A DNA stretch of 64,000 nucleotides from assembly GCA_963720565.1 (NCBI GenBank), contig CAVRFW010000009.1, forward strand, positions 416,001 through 480,000, in the 5' to 3' direction. This stretch comes from Candidatus Bathyarchaeota archaeon (GTDB taxonomy: Archaea; Thermoproteota; Bathyarchaeia; Bathyarchaeales; Bathycorpusculaceae). The translations under genes and the position numbers were made by a program. Positions 41,955 through 53,514 of the stretch are shown here, piece by piece (positions within the stretch are counted from its first letter, which is position 1; the number at the start of each line of letters is the position of its first letter). A model generated the notes under the pieces. It ran no database searches, was not told where the DNA came from, and worked only from the letters and a program-made list of their open reading frames with translations.

Positions 41955-42251
41955 CTATTTTGGTTCTTGCTGTTTTTCCCATTCAAGCCTGGTCTGCTTG
42001 ATAATGGCGTCTAGACTCTTAGGATCTGAAAGATCCGCTATCGCACTGGTTAGCTCATACTTCACGAGCGATCCTATCTCAGTGGGCTTTAGGGCTTCTG
42101 GCCTTGCAGCTTGGTAGGTTTTGAGAGCTCGCATTCCAAACTTTACCATCAAGTTTTGCAGTTCCGTTCTCAAACTTGTCAATTCAGCGAGACTTTCTTG
42201 CATTGTTTTGTTGAAGTCTTCTTGATTCCACGTTTTCTTCTCTTCCGACAT
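41955..42251 (-). CDS. Hypothetical protein
   Basis: 98-aa helical ORF. Confidence 0.7.
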   Translation of the reverse strand: MSEEKKTWNQEDFNKTMQESLAELTSLRTELQNLMVKFGMRALKTYQAARPEALKPTEIGSLVKYELTSAIADLSDPKSLDAIIKQTRLEWEKQQEPK

Positions 42252-42333
42252 TTCTCATTCCAACAATTTCAGAGTTTACTCGTATTTGCTCGCAGACTTC
42301 ATTATAGCTTTTTCCATTTCATAGTGCTGTTTC

Positions 42334-43323
42334 TCAAATTGGAGGTTTAGGGATGTTCTTGGCGGTTAACCCTTCGTGTCTCCACTTTTCAAATTCTTTC
42401 GAGGGCGGATCGTTGAGGAAAAGCTGCTTTCGCGAAGTTTCCATAAAAGCATTTTCTTGACCATTGAATTCAGCAGCAGTCATCAGGCAGTTTCCCCTGT
42501 TCATGACCCTCTCGCGTATTCTTTTAATCCTGTTCTGCCATGTTTCATCCCTCAAGGCGTGGTGTTCTAAGATAATCACCGGCACGGTTTCGGCAAGGCT
42601 TGCAAGATTATTCAACCCCAACATCAGTTGTGCTTCGCTAACCTTGAAGTCACTAAGATAGAAGGGCGGTCCTCCGACCATGAGCAAACCAGGTTTTGCT
42701 GTTTTGATAAGTTCAAGTGTCCTTTCTGACATTGGACCTTGGACATCTGGGGCGAACATAAACCGTTCATCCTCACATTCCACAAGAACCATTATGACCC
42801 ATCCTGTAATGGCGTTGTCTGCTCCATGAGGAACTGGTTCTGAAAAACGCAGGACGGTTTTCCCAAACGTGAAATCCCTGTAGTCAGCGGGTTCAAGCGT
42901 CTTAGCTTGTTTTCCCCCTGTTTTCTGGAAAAGCCACGCGCGTTGTCTTTGGCTGGGGTTGATTTTCTCTCTCGGATTTTTAATCAGAACCCTTTTGTTC
43001 TGGTATATTTGACGCGCAGTCTCCACTTCCTCAGTCCAGTTAACAAGCCAGTCTTCGTACGAGGGCGTGTGATGATCAAAGTGATAATGACTTATAGTGA
43101 CAACTTCAGCTTGTTCAGCAGCCTCTGCTATGCGATTTCTGAGTTTTTCAATTGTCCTAAACTCAGCTGGATGAGGCGGTAGGCCAAAACGGTACGGACA
43201 GAGTGAAATTCCAGCGTCCAATAATACTTTCACGTCAGGGGTCTCAACCAGCGTACACATAGATCGAACGCCAAAACTTTCCGCCGCTAACGGGGTCACC
43301 TTAATCTTATCAAAACTAGACAT
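42334..43323 (-). CDS. MBL-fold metallo-hydrolase (UPF0282-like)
   Basis: AESFGVRSM, ISHYHFDH, DVQGP, EHHALRD. Confidence 0.88.
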   Translation of the reverse strand: MSSFDKIKVTPLAAESFGVRSMCTLVETPDVKVLLDAGISLCPYRFGLPPHPAEFRTIEKLRNRIAEAAEQAEVVTISHYHFDHHTPSYEDWLVNWTEEVETARQIYQNKRVLIKNPREKINPSQRQRAWLFQKTGGKQAKTLEPADYRDFTFGKTVLRFSEPVPHGADNAITGWVIMVLVECEDERFMFAPDVQGPMSERTLELIKTAKPGLLMVGGPPFYLSDFKVSEAQLMLGLNNLASLAETVPVIILEHHALRDETWQNRIKRIRERVMNRGNCLMTAAEFNGQENAFMETSRKQLFLNDPPSKEFEKWRHEGLTAKNIPKPPI

Positions 43324-43479
43324 GGCTTTTTCATCATTCGATTAACCGCTGCAAAAACAGAAAAATGTTCCTATCGAAAAGCCCTACTGCTGGGATGGAG
43401 CAATCGCAAAAGGTTAATTGAACTCATCGACATAGGAAACCTGAGCAAAAATCATCTGCAATGAAGGAAGCGAAAAGTT

Positions 43480-44037
43480 ATGACTCATGAGGAAAAAGAG
43501 AAAACGGAAATTGCCACACTTGCAGGAGGCTGCTTCTGGTGTATTGAAGCAGTTTTCAGCATAGTCAAAGGCGTCGAAAAAGTGACTCCGGGCTACACGG
43601 GAGGCTATCTCTCCAATCCCACGTATGAACAAGTTTCAACCGGAACAACAGGGCATGCAGAGGCTGCACAGATAACCTTCAACCCCGAAACCATTTCCTA
43701 CAAAGAAATACTTGAAATATTCTTTGCAACCCATAATCCTACAACGCTCAACCAGCAGGGACCTGACGTTGGAACCCAATACCGCTCAGCAATTTTCTAC
43801 CAAAACGAGCAACAAAAAACGACAGCTAACCAAGTTATCAATGAACTCGATAGAGAGGAAATATGGGACAAACCCATAGTCACTCAAGTGGAACCGCTGA
43901 AAGCTTTCTACCCTGCTGAGTCATACCACAAAGATTACTTCAAGCGAAATCCGAATGCGCCATACTGTCAAGCCGTAATTACTCCAAAGATACTCAAACT
44001 GCAACATCGATTCCTAAGCAAGCTCAAAACACCATAA
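43480..44037 (+). CDS. msrA: Peptide methionine sulfoxide reductase A
   Basis: GGCFWC, GYTGG, GHAE, GTQYRS, AESYH. Confidence 0.97.
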   Translation: MTHEEKEKTEIATLAGGCFWCIEAVFSIVKGVEKVTPGYTGGYLSNPTYEQVSTGTTGHAEAAQITFNPETISYKEILEIFFATHNPTTLNQQGPDVGTQYRSAIFYQNEQQKTTANQVINELDREEIWDKPIVTQVEPLKAFYPAESYHKDYFKRNPNAPYCQAVITPKILKLQHRFLSKLKTP

Positions 44038-44287
44038 CACGCATACTATGTCAACATTAAAATCTTCTATTTACCCATTTTCAAACTTCTGCGGGATTTC
44101 TTCACCAAATTAGGCAAAAAATTTCAAACTATTTCATCTCTAAAACCCAATTCATGCCAAATTACGTTTTACAAGACTTGGCCAGCTGACTGAAGTAACT
44201 CTTCTCAAAATTGCCCTCAAACGGAAAATTCACAAGGCGATTCTGACCTATAGGTTTTAATCACTGAAAAAAATGCTATCTATCTTG

Positions 44288-44351
44288 GCGGGCGATGACG
44301 ACTCTGGCCCCGAAGACGTCGAGGATGATTTGGATCTTGAGTGTGACGCGC
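44288..44351 (+). ncRNA. Candidate box C/D guide sRNA
   Basis: C ATGACGA (44295), D' CCGA (44310), C' AGGATGA (44322), D GTGA (44343), GCG/CGC terminal stem, TTTTAA upstream; guide complementary to ACUCAAGAUCC. Confidence 0.6.
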
Positions 44352-44492
44352 ACTTTGAAATAACTTTTTAGTGCGCTGAAGAGCCTGCCACTTTGGAAGA
44401 AAAGGAAGAACAAGTTTTTTTTCAGAGCTTTTTGATCAATTGTACAAACGTTGCTAAGTGATTTTTTCCATTAGCCTGGAACAGGCAATATT

Positions 44493-45389
44493 CTATATGA
44501 AATATCCCAAGATTATCGAGATCGCATAGATCAGCATGGCCAAGTGAAAAAGGGGCAGTGCCTTCATTCCAGAATTCGCGCTTTTTCCCTTCATTATCGT
44601 GTAATTGCCAATCGAGATCAACAGCATTCCCGCAATGAAACCGGCAAGTGTTAAGGTTCCAAGTACAGTGAGAAAAATTATTGCGGTTGCGAAATGAAAT
44701 ATGCTGAAGAAAAGTATCCAGAAGGCTGTACCTTTCATTCCGTACATGGTGGGTATTGTGTTAAGTCCTTTGACCTGGTCATTGGCCACGTCAATGATGT
44801 CATTGACTCCTAGGTGAGCCATGGCTAACGGATAGAAGAAAAAGACAAAAAGCAAGACAATGCTATCGGGGCTGCCGATGCATAGATATCCAGCGACTGG
44901 AAAGAGGGTGAAATCTATCCGTCCAACCAGCTGGGCTAACGGAAAGTTTTCTTTCCGCTTCTTGAATTGGTAGAATACTTCGAGGCAATAACAAATTGCC
45001 ATTATGCTGATGACGTAGAGTGACTGTGGGAATGATAGTGTAAGAATCAGAATTACCGTGGACGAAACAAGCAGAGCAAAAAGCAAAAGTGCATTTCGCT
45101 GAGAGATTAAACCTTGAGGAATCGGTCTTCTCCCAAAAACCCTCCAATACTTAGTCAGCTTATCGAATTCCACGTCTTTTCTGTCAATTTCAGCATCCAC
45201 TATGTCATTCAAAACCAGTCCAGCTTCAAAGCCGAGGAAACCAATCAACGCAGCTTTAATTACTAGTAGCCATGAAAAACCGTCATATTGTTGGAAGGCT
45301 AGGAAGAGTCCGGAGCAAAAAAGTGTTGGCCAGACAAAAAAGAAGTGCAGGCGTGTGAGATCTACGTATGCTTTGATTGCTTCTTTCAC
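44493..45389 (-). CDS. UbiA family prenyltransferase
   Basis: LNDIVDAEID, RPIPQG, NDIIDVAND, multi-TM. Confidence 0.88.
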   Translation of the reverse strand: MKEAIKAYVDLTRLHFFFVWPTLFCSGLFLAFQQYDGFSWLLVIKAALIGFLGFEAGLVLNDIVDAEIDRKDVEFDKLTKYWRVFGRRPIPQGLISQRNALLLFALLVSSTVILILTLSFPQSLYVISIMAICYCLEVFYQFKKRKENFPLAQLVGRIDFTLFPVAGYLCIGSPDSIVLLFVFFFYPLAMAHLGVNDIIDVANDQVKGLNTIPTMYGMKGTAFWILFFSIFHFATAIIFLTVLGTLTLAGFIAGMLLISIGNYTIMKGKSANSGMKALPLFHLAMLIYAISIILGYFI

Positions 45390-45479
45390 ATGGACTGCCT
45401 CGTTTCGCTCTCTTATTGGATGGTTTTTGTTATTAAGCTGTTCTAACTATAGAATCAAGAAGGGCAAAGGCAATCCTTT

Positions 45480-46391
45480 ATGAATGTCGCAAAAATCCTC
45501 AAAGTAATACGCCTTCACATTGTGGCAGGAGGATTTCTCGCCTTCTCACTCGGAGCGCTCTTAGCCATTGCAGGAGGAGCCAGTTTTAGCCTCTTACGAT
45601 TTGTTTTTGGGTATGTCGCTGTTTTCCTGGGTGATCTTTCGACGCATTATAGCAATGATTATTTTGATGTCGCAATCGACAAATACACAGGTAAGAGGAA
45701 GCTTTTTTCAGGTAGCAAGATTCTTGTCGACAATCCAAGTCTTCTTTCGTTGTCGAAACATATTTCGCTTGGTTTGCTGGCGGGATCGACTGTCTTGGCA
45801 GCAGCGTTTGTTATTTTTCTTGGTGCACCACTCGAGTTCTTCATCGTTATGTTTGTTGCGAGTCTTATTGGATGGCTTTATTCGGCACCTCCAGCACGTT
45901 TGGTTTCAAGAGGAATTGGCGAGTTGGCTGTGGCGTTCGTTACAGGGTTTGCAATACCTGGTTTAGGCTACTTGGCAATAAGAGGTCAATTTGACCCTGT
46001 GTTTGTCTGCTTTGCAGTTCCTTTCACAATGTACGGCTTAATACTAAGCCTTAGTCTTCATGCTCCTGACGTAGAGACAGACCGAAAGGTAGGCAAAAGA
46101 AATCTTGTCGTCCGTTTGGGTCAAAGCCGCGTCTTCTTCCTTACTTTAGCCATGGCTTTGTCGGCTACACTCATATTCTGCATTTGCGCTTGGCAGAATG
46201 TTCGCTTAGTCATTGATTTTGACGTGGTGGTTCTTCTTTCAATCGTCCCCCTAATCGCGGGTCTCCTTGGACTTGTAGGCTTTTCCAAAAAGAAGGAAGT
46301 GAATCGATCCAGCGCGTTAAATATCGCAGCACTCTTTGTTTTCAATATGCTAATGATCTCTTATCTTCTGGTTATTGTGTTGGTTGTATAA
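45480..46391 (+). CDS. UbiA/MenA family prenyltransferase
   Basis: NDYFDVAID, YSAPPARL..RGIGE, PDVETD..GKRNL. Confidence 0.88.
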   Translation: MNVAKILKVIRLHIVAGGFLAFSLGALLAIAGGASFSLLRFVFGYVAVFLGDLSTHYSNDYFDVAIDKYTGKRKLFSGSKILVDNPSLLSLSKHISLGLLAGSTVLAAAFVIFLGAPLEFFIVMFVASLIGWLYSAPPARLVSRGIGELAVAFVTGFAIPGLGYLAIRGQFDPVFVCFAVPFTMYGLILSLSLHAPDVETDRKVGKRNLVVRLGQSRVFFLTLAMALSATLIFCICAWQNVRLVIDFDVVVLLSIVPLIAGLLGLVGFSKKKEVNRSSALNIAALFVFNMLMISYLLVIVLVV

Positions 46392-46686
46392 CAAGTTCGG
46401 AAAATGCGGAATTAGCACTAAAACATTTTTGGACAATTGGTTATTATTCCAGACTATGACAGCATGCGTGCTTTACATCTCGTGAACAGGCAACACCAAA
46501 CGTTTGGCGGAAGCTATATCGGGATTGTTGAAAGGGCCAGTTTTGATTTGGCCCACGATATTAGTTCTTTGGATGTCAACGCCTTCGACTTGCTAGTCAT
46601 AGACACGACTGTTATGGGTCAAGCATGCCGTTCTTAAATCCGCTCAGCAGTTTAACCGTAGGGTAAAAGCAGCATTAGATTTCAGT

Positions 46687-47232
46687 CTAACCAACTACTT
46701 TCAGGTTGTTCTTTAGCGTTCTTGGTTCTTTCCATTCTTCTCTGATGATGCTAAACATTGCGGTGTCTCTCCAGACTCCTCTGCTGAAGAAAGATTTCCT
46801 GATTATCCCCTCCTTCTTGAAGCCTGCCTTCTCCAAAACCCTATGAGACGGGACATTCTCAGGATGGGTTTCCGCTTGAATGCGTACTATGTTCTTAGAA
46901 AGAAACAGGTAGTCTACCATAATCTCGACTGCTTCGCTTCCGTAGCCTTTGCCTCTTTCGTCTGGAAGAAGCGCGTATCCTATAACCGTGCCATGTGCTA
47001 CGAAATGAGCAATGAATCCAATTTTGGTTCCATCTTTCTTTTCTATGAAGAACCATTGTCCTTCATTCAACTTGTCAAATTGCCTTTCCAAGTCAGCTTT
47101 GGTCTCTTGGACAATCGGTTCATATTCTCCCATTATACCAAGGTCATTATCCCATTTCTTCACGATTGACAAGTCTTCTTTTTCCATTATTCGAAGGTTC
47201 ACTTTTTTCCCTTCAAGCAAATTGAATACCAC
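46687..47232 (-). CDS. GNAT acetyltransferase (RimJ/RimL-like)
   Basis: RGKGYGSE, NVPSHRVLEKAGFKKEG. Confidence 0.9.
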   Translation of the reverse strand: MVFNLLEGKKVNLRIMEKEDLSIVKKWDNDLGIMGEYEPIVQETKADLERQFDKLNEGQWFFIEKKDGTKIGFIAHFVAHGTVIGYALLPDERGKGYGSEAVEIMVDYLFLSKNIVRIQAETHPENVPSHRVLEKAGFKKEGIIRKSFFSRGVWRDTAMFSIIREEWKEPRTLKNNLKVVG

Positions 47233-47316
47233 ACAATGTGGTTCTATTGGATTAGCTATAACTCTTCCGCAAAACTAGGAGAGTTAATGCTCTGTCTAAC
47301 AGTACGCTGATTTGTG

Positions 47317-49181
47317 TCACGCGTTGTTTGTTCCTCTGAATTGGCTATTATAGAGGTTGTAATAGAAGCCTTTCGCTTTCAACAATGAGTCATGGGTTCC
47401 ACGCTCAATTATTTCTCCATCTCTTATTACGAGCACCTGGTCTGCTTTCCTGATGGTGCTGAGCCTATGCGCGATGACAAAGCTTGTTCTCTTTTCCATG
47501 AGCCTGAGCAGAGCTTCCTGGATTCTTGCTTCTGTGCGAGTGTCAACGTTGCTGGTTGCTTCATCCAAAATCAGTATCTTTGGGTCTGTAACAACCGCTC
47601 TGGCAATAGCGAGAAGTTGCCTTTGTCCTTGACTGAGATTGCTTCCCCTCTCGCTCAGCATCGTGCCGTATCCGTTGGGCAGCCTAGTTATCCATTGGTC
47701 TGCGTTGGCAAGTTTTGCAGCCTTTATGCAATCTTCATCTGTAGCTGCAGGGTTACCGTATCTAATGTTCTCCATCACGGTATCAGCGAAAAGAAAATTA
47801 TCCTGAAGCACAGTGCCCAATTGTTTACGCAGACTCCAGCGAGTGACCTCTCTAATATCTACTCCGTCAACTCTGATGCTGCCGCCTTGAATATCGTAGA
47901 ATCGACCCAAGAACATTAACCATCGTAGTCTTGCCTGCTCCTGTTGGTCCCACTAACGCGACAATTTGACCTGGTTGAGCATGAAAACTCATGTTCTTCA
48001 AAACCGGTACACCAGGCACGTAACTGAAGTCGACGTTGTCAAAAACAACATCGCCTTGAATCTCACCAATCGGTTTCGCATCAGGTTTGTCAGTTATCTC
48101 TGGTTTCGTATCCACAACCTCAAAGATCCTTTCAGCTCCAGCAAGGGCTGATTGCACGCTATTGTAGAGTTCCGCCAGTTGCCGGAGAGGCTGAACAAAG
48201 TTTCTCGAGTAAAAGATGAAGCTCGTGATAATCCCAACCGTGACTGCACCCTGCAAGGCTAGCCATCCACCTAGTCCAGCGACAACAGCGATGCTGAACG
48301 TGCTCATCACATTCACCAAAGGCATAATCATGAAAGCCCAGCTTGTCGCAGTAGTTGCCTGATCTCTCAAAACCGCGTTTTCAGCGTCAAACGCTGAGAG
48401 GACTCTTCCCTGTGTGCCAAAAGCAGTAACGACCCGTTGACCGCTTATTGTCTCCTCAATCCTAGAGTTTAGCGTACCCATAGCTGCTTTGAACACCTCT
48501 GAAGCCGGAGAGCGTCTTGCGTCCGATTAACACTGTTACCAATCACCATCAAAGGCAAAACTACAAGGCTACCTAGCGCAAGCCATACATTGAGTAAGAA
48601 CATCGCGACGAGTATGCCAATGAGACTCAGGAAGCTGGAGATCAGTTGGACAAAGCTTTGACTCAACGCCTGATTTATAGCCTCAACGTCATTCGTGAGT
48701 CGACTCATCAACTCCCCTTGAGTATTACGGTTAAAATAGCTCAGGCTCAAAGTCTGAAGATGCTCAAACAGGTCTTTTCTAAGACCCTTCAAGACTCGCT
48801 GTGAAACGCGAGCCATGAGTACACCTTGAACTACCGAAGCGCCCCATGCACCAACGTAGATAGCCACAAGAAGCAGCACTATTCCAAGTAATCCCGAAAG
48901 GTCTCCTGCGGTGATGTAGTTGTCGACGGCAACCCCGATGTAGTATGGTCCAAGCAGGCTTAGCAATGAACTAACGGCCACTAGAACTCCGATTGCTAGC
49001 AGTTCTTTTTTGTAAGGCAAGCATATAGCTTAGAAGCCGTGTTAGAGTCACGCGAGGATTCTTGGCCTTGCCAAACGCTCCCATTGAGGCCCTCCGGACC
49101 TCCATGCGGTCCTCCTGGGCCTCCAGGAAATCCTCCGCTTGGTTTTTTTGGCGATTCACTTTGAGAATGTGATGAGCTCAT
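47317..49181 (-). CDS. ABC exporter TMD-NBD, heterodimer subunit B (three frameshifts)
   Basis: GELMSRLTND, GPTGAGKTT, LSQGQRQ, DEATS, IAHRLST across four ORF pieces. Confidence 0.9.
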
Positions 49182-50957
49182 GCTCTTATGCCCCCTCCAA
49201 GCTGGGAGTCATATATCTCTTTGTAAATCGGACTTTTCCTCATCAGCTGGGCGTGATTGCCTATCGCGACAATCTTCCCTTTTTCAAGAACAATGATTTT
49301 GTCTGCCTTCAGAACGGTGCTTATGCGTTGCGCAATGATGAAGACGGTTGATTTGCCCATCGATGCCTCCAAAGCCTCTTGAATCTTTGCCTCTGTCTGC
49401 ACATCTACACTGCTCGTGCTATCATCAAGAATGAGTATCTTTGGCTTAACAAGCAAAGCCCTGGCTATTGCAACCCTCTGTTTTTGGCCCCCTGATAATC
49501 CTGCTCCTCTGTACCCCACGTCGCTCTCATAGCCTTTTGGAAGACTCTCGATGAATTCTAGACGTTTGACTTGCTTTGGCAACCTGCCTCTATTTCCTCG
49601 GCTGAAGCGTCGGGTTTTCCGTAGACAATATTTTCCTTTACAGTGCCAGAGAAAAGAATTGGTTCTTGAAGAGAGACTGCGATGTTTTCTCTGAGGGATT
49701 GTATCGTAACATCGCGTACATCTATTCCGTCAATAGTAACTCGTCCACTGGTGGCATCATAGAATCTTGGTATCAGGTTCACAAGAGTAGTCTTCCCTGA
49801 ACCTGTTGCCCCCAGTATTGCTACGGTTTCACCTGGTTCTGCAACAAAGTTGATTTGGCTGAGAACTGGTTCCTTGCAATCGTCAGTGTAGCTGAAACAC
49901 ACATCTTCGAAAGCTACTCTGCCTTCAATTTCCTTCAAAGGTATAGCTTCAGGTTTCTCTACAACCTTTGGCTTTGAGTCAAGAACTTCATAGATTCTCT
50001 GAGCAGAAGCGTTAGCGGCAGACATTTGCGCTTGCCATTATGGCTAGGAAGAGAAGCGGAAAGATGCTTGTTAACAGATAGTTTGTGAAAGCCACTATTT
50101 CACCAACGGTGAAGCTTCCCGCTATGGCTTGTTGACCTCCAAACCAGAGCACGCCTAATATGCTCATGTTGATGATGAGCAGCATACTTGGAAACAGAAT
50201 TGAGAACAAAGTGGTGACCTTAACTTGCTGGGAATACAGATCCTCGTTAGCGTCGCCAAATCTCTTGATCTCTCTGTCCATTCTGACAAAGCTCTTGACA
50301 ACACGTATACCCGCAAGGTTCTCCTGAAGAACCATGTTCAATTTGTCCAAGCGCCGCTGCACTCCAAGGAAAAGTGGTTGACCTTTTACAACGAAGATGC
50401 CTGCGAGGACCAAAGTTAATGGAAGGAGAAGAAGCATTATTCCCGCCAACTCCAAGTTGATGCTCAACATCATCACTATGCTTCCAACAATCATGATTGG
50501 AGCCCTAACAAACATGCGCAGGAGCATCATGACCATCATCTGCGCTAATGTTAACGTCACTTGAAAGTCGAACCACCAATTCTCCTGTCTGAAACTTGTC
50601 TAGGTTGCCGAAGCTGAACTTCTGAATTTGACGAAAAGCAGATGATCGCACGTCATGCGCAAAGTTTTGTGCAACCTTCACCGCCATAAAAGTGTTCGCA
50701 ATAGTCATGCCTGCCTCGAACATTGCTAGGGCAATCATTATGCCAACGGTGACGGTTATCACGTTGAGATCGCCTTTGGCTATTCCCTCATCAATTACTC
50801 TCTGAATTAGGCGAGGCTGAATAAGCTCAGCAAGAACTGAAATCAAAAGAAAGAGCACTGCAACTATCGCTCGCAACCGATAGGGACTAACGAAAGATAG
50901 AATCCGAACAAGATGTCTGCCATTCGACTTTTTCGCATTATTCTCCGCCATTCTCAT
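49178..50957 (-). CDS. ABC exporter TMD-NBD, heterodimer subunit A with degenerate site (three frameshifts)
   Basis: GATGSGKTT, LSGGQKQR, DDSTS, IAQRIS across four ORF pieces. Confidence 0.9.
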
Positions 50958-51370
50958 TTTTCCTCATTCGACTTTGTTAGAGCGCTGATAGACACAAGAA
51001 CCATTTTGATAAGCAACCAGTTGGATTAATACGTTTTTAGTGTCGCCTTTTTCGCTCGCAAGATTGCCTTCATCGGCAACAATAGCCGAAAGTTGTTTTT
51101 CGATTGGGCGAACAAGACCATATCACTCAGAATTTCCCTTAGAAGAGAAGACATTTACTCAAGGAATTTACGCGCGTTCTCAAGGTTGGCTCGTCTTCTG
51201 CGCCCTTTCCATTGATTCATCTCTAAACTCAATTTCCTCCTTGCCAATCTCAAAACATTTTGGCAGCCGCCTTTAAGGCCATATTGCGTTTTTGAATACC
51301 TTGCTCTTGCATGCGTCCTGCAAAAACGTTATTATGTATGGGAGTTCAAAGAGTTATTGGCTGTTGTCGT

Positions 51371-52718
51371 ATGAGTGGACCTAATAGGCGTTGGAACCCT
51401 CCTGTTCATCCAGGAGCGCAGGGCGCGAGAGCCCCGATGGGTCGCGGACCAATGATAACGGTTGTCAAGCGGGACGGACGCGTCGAACCATTCAACCGTG
51501 TAAAGATGATTGAAAGCATGCGGAACGCAGGAGCGACTCCGCAGCAGGCGGATCTTGTAACAAATCACGTCACAACTCGTATAGGTCCTCAGAACAAGCA
51601 TCCCGTCAAATGAAGTATCCACTTTGGTTACTCAATCCCTGTCTAATGTTAATCCAACTGCATCGCGCAACTATGAGGAAATGCGCAACCGAAAACTGGC
51701 TTACAACGAACGAGCAAACCGCTTGTCCGCTGAGATTTCAGCCATCAACCAGCAAGTCAACAGTGCAATGTCCAGAGTTGAAAGTCTCGACGGTCAAATC
51801 CAGAGCCTGCCGGGACGTATTACCCGAATACGACAAGGCAACTATCGGTTACTAACCAACTTGGAGAAGGATCAAGCCTCTCTCTCAGAAGATTGGGCAA
51901 GAATCAGCCCAGAACTCCGAACGACCACTAATCTCAAAGGCGAAACGGTGCGCACACGAATCCAAACCCTCCAAAAAGCTCTCACGTATAGAATGGCAGG
52001 TGCAGATTACAATCATTGGTAATCTGCAGGAGATCGAATCTGGAATTCCGGAAGTGCGCTTAAATCTCTCGGAGATGTACAGCGCCATCACTTCTTCGCT
52101 GTCCCCTCTCGAGCAAAAGTATGAGAGCATAGACCAAGACCTCACACGGGCAGAAAGCACCCTATCTCTCCTTGAAGGAGCCTCATTCCCATGGGAAGAG
52201 AGTGAGAGTCCAATCCTCGCTATTAAAGCTAAAGACTTGAATAGTAATCTGGAAGGTGTCCTCACCTTAACCAATCTTAATATCGTATTCGAACATGAGA
52301 AAGAGGTTGTGCTCAAGAAAACGCTATTCATAGTCACTGAAAAAAAGAAAGTGCGAGAAGTAGAAGTTCAGAAACCGATTGGAATGGTCACAAGCTTGAT
52401 TCATGGAAAAGTCGGTTTTCTTAAAGGGTCAGGATTGTTCATAAAATTTGCTTCGGAGGCTGGGATTCCTGAGATGAAATTCGACACGACCGGTGAGGAC
52501 GCAGATTGGGTGACAAAAAGTTACAGCCAAATTATCTCAGGTCAAATAGACAAAGAACTGGCAGCTTCAGCTCCGAGCAACCGGAGAAAGCTGAGAAGGA
52601 AAAATCGCAACTTGTCACTTGCCCAGTTTGCGGTGCTCCTTACACTGAAAAAGTCTTTCGAGGGCAGACTTCAGTCAACTGCAAGTACTGTGGAGCCTTG
52701 GTTTCACTTCAGAAGTAA
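51371..52718 (+). CDS. ATP-cone + coiled-coil + PH-like + Zn-ribbon protein (reconstructed across three frameshifts)
   Basis: VVKRDGRVEPFNRVKM (ATP cone); heptad region; GVLTLTNLNIVFE; CPVCGAP...CKYCG. Confidence 0.7.
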
Positions 52719-52863
52719 AGCTGTGATCATCCGCTTTCTCACGCGTCTGAATCTTCTTAGATCCATGGTGTAGCGATGGAAAAAACTATAGAAGATACGT
52801 CTCCACTGTGTTCTGTACGACATGTTTTTTAGGTAAGAAAGCTGCTTTACTGCAGTGACCAAT

Positions 52864-53512
52864 ATGTCATTCCTAGATAAAGCTAAGAAAAAACTTGGAG
52901 AGTTAGCCGGTGCAGCAAAAGATGCAGTCAACGGGGATAACGAAAAAACCAAAGATGCAGGCGAAAAGGCAGTTGATGCATCCACCGCGAGCACTATTGA
53001 CCAAGTGAAGGACAAACAGGGAATAATTTCTAAAATCCAGAATTTCTTCACCTTGGGGTATGGAACCAAAGAAGACCTGAGGGAGCTTGACAAGAAGCTT
53101 AGAGACAACTACTACTGCTGATTTCAAGGCTATGCGTCACAGGTGGGAAGAGATATCTCTTGAAGCCCTAAAAGCGAAAGTGCGCAACAAAGACGACTAC
53201 AAGAAGGTCATTCAAGTCATGGACAGAGTTGCTGAGAAGATTAACAGAGCCGACTACGGTTATGCAGGGCTGATGGACCGCAAAGGACACATCAGAGAAG
53301 ATGAGCTCTCAAAAATCTTCAACTACGACAAAGCCTTGGGGGACCAGGTTGAAGATTTGCAGAAATCTATTGAAGAAATATACGGTATGGTTGAAGCTGA
53401 AAACTGGACCGAGACTTCGCCGAAAGTTCGCACAGTGAAGCTGATGCTATTGGATATTGAAGAGAAATGGGATGGAAGAGAAAAAGAATTTAGACCTTTG
53501 GAGGTTTCATAA
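52864..53512 (+). CDS. Helical hypothetical protein associated with the SPFH gene, frameshift near 53115
   Basis: GYGTKEDLRELDKKLR...ADYGYAGLMD...YDKAL. Confidence 0.75.
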
Positions 53513-53514
53513 AC

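Noticed and set aside
47317..50957. Programmed frameshifting or pseudogenes in the ABC exporter pair
   Set aside because: No consistent slippery motif was seen and all catalytic motifs are intact; assembly error is more parsimonious
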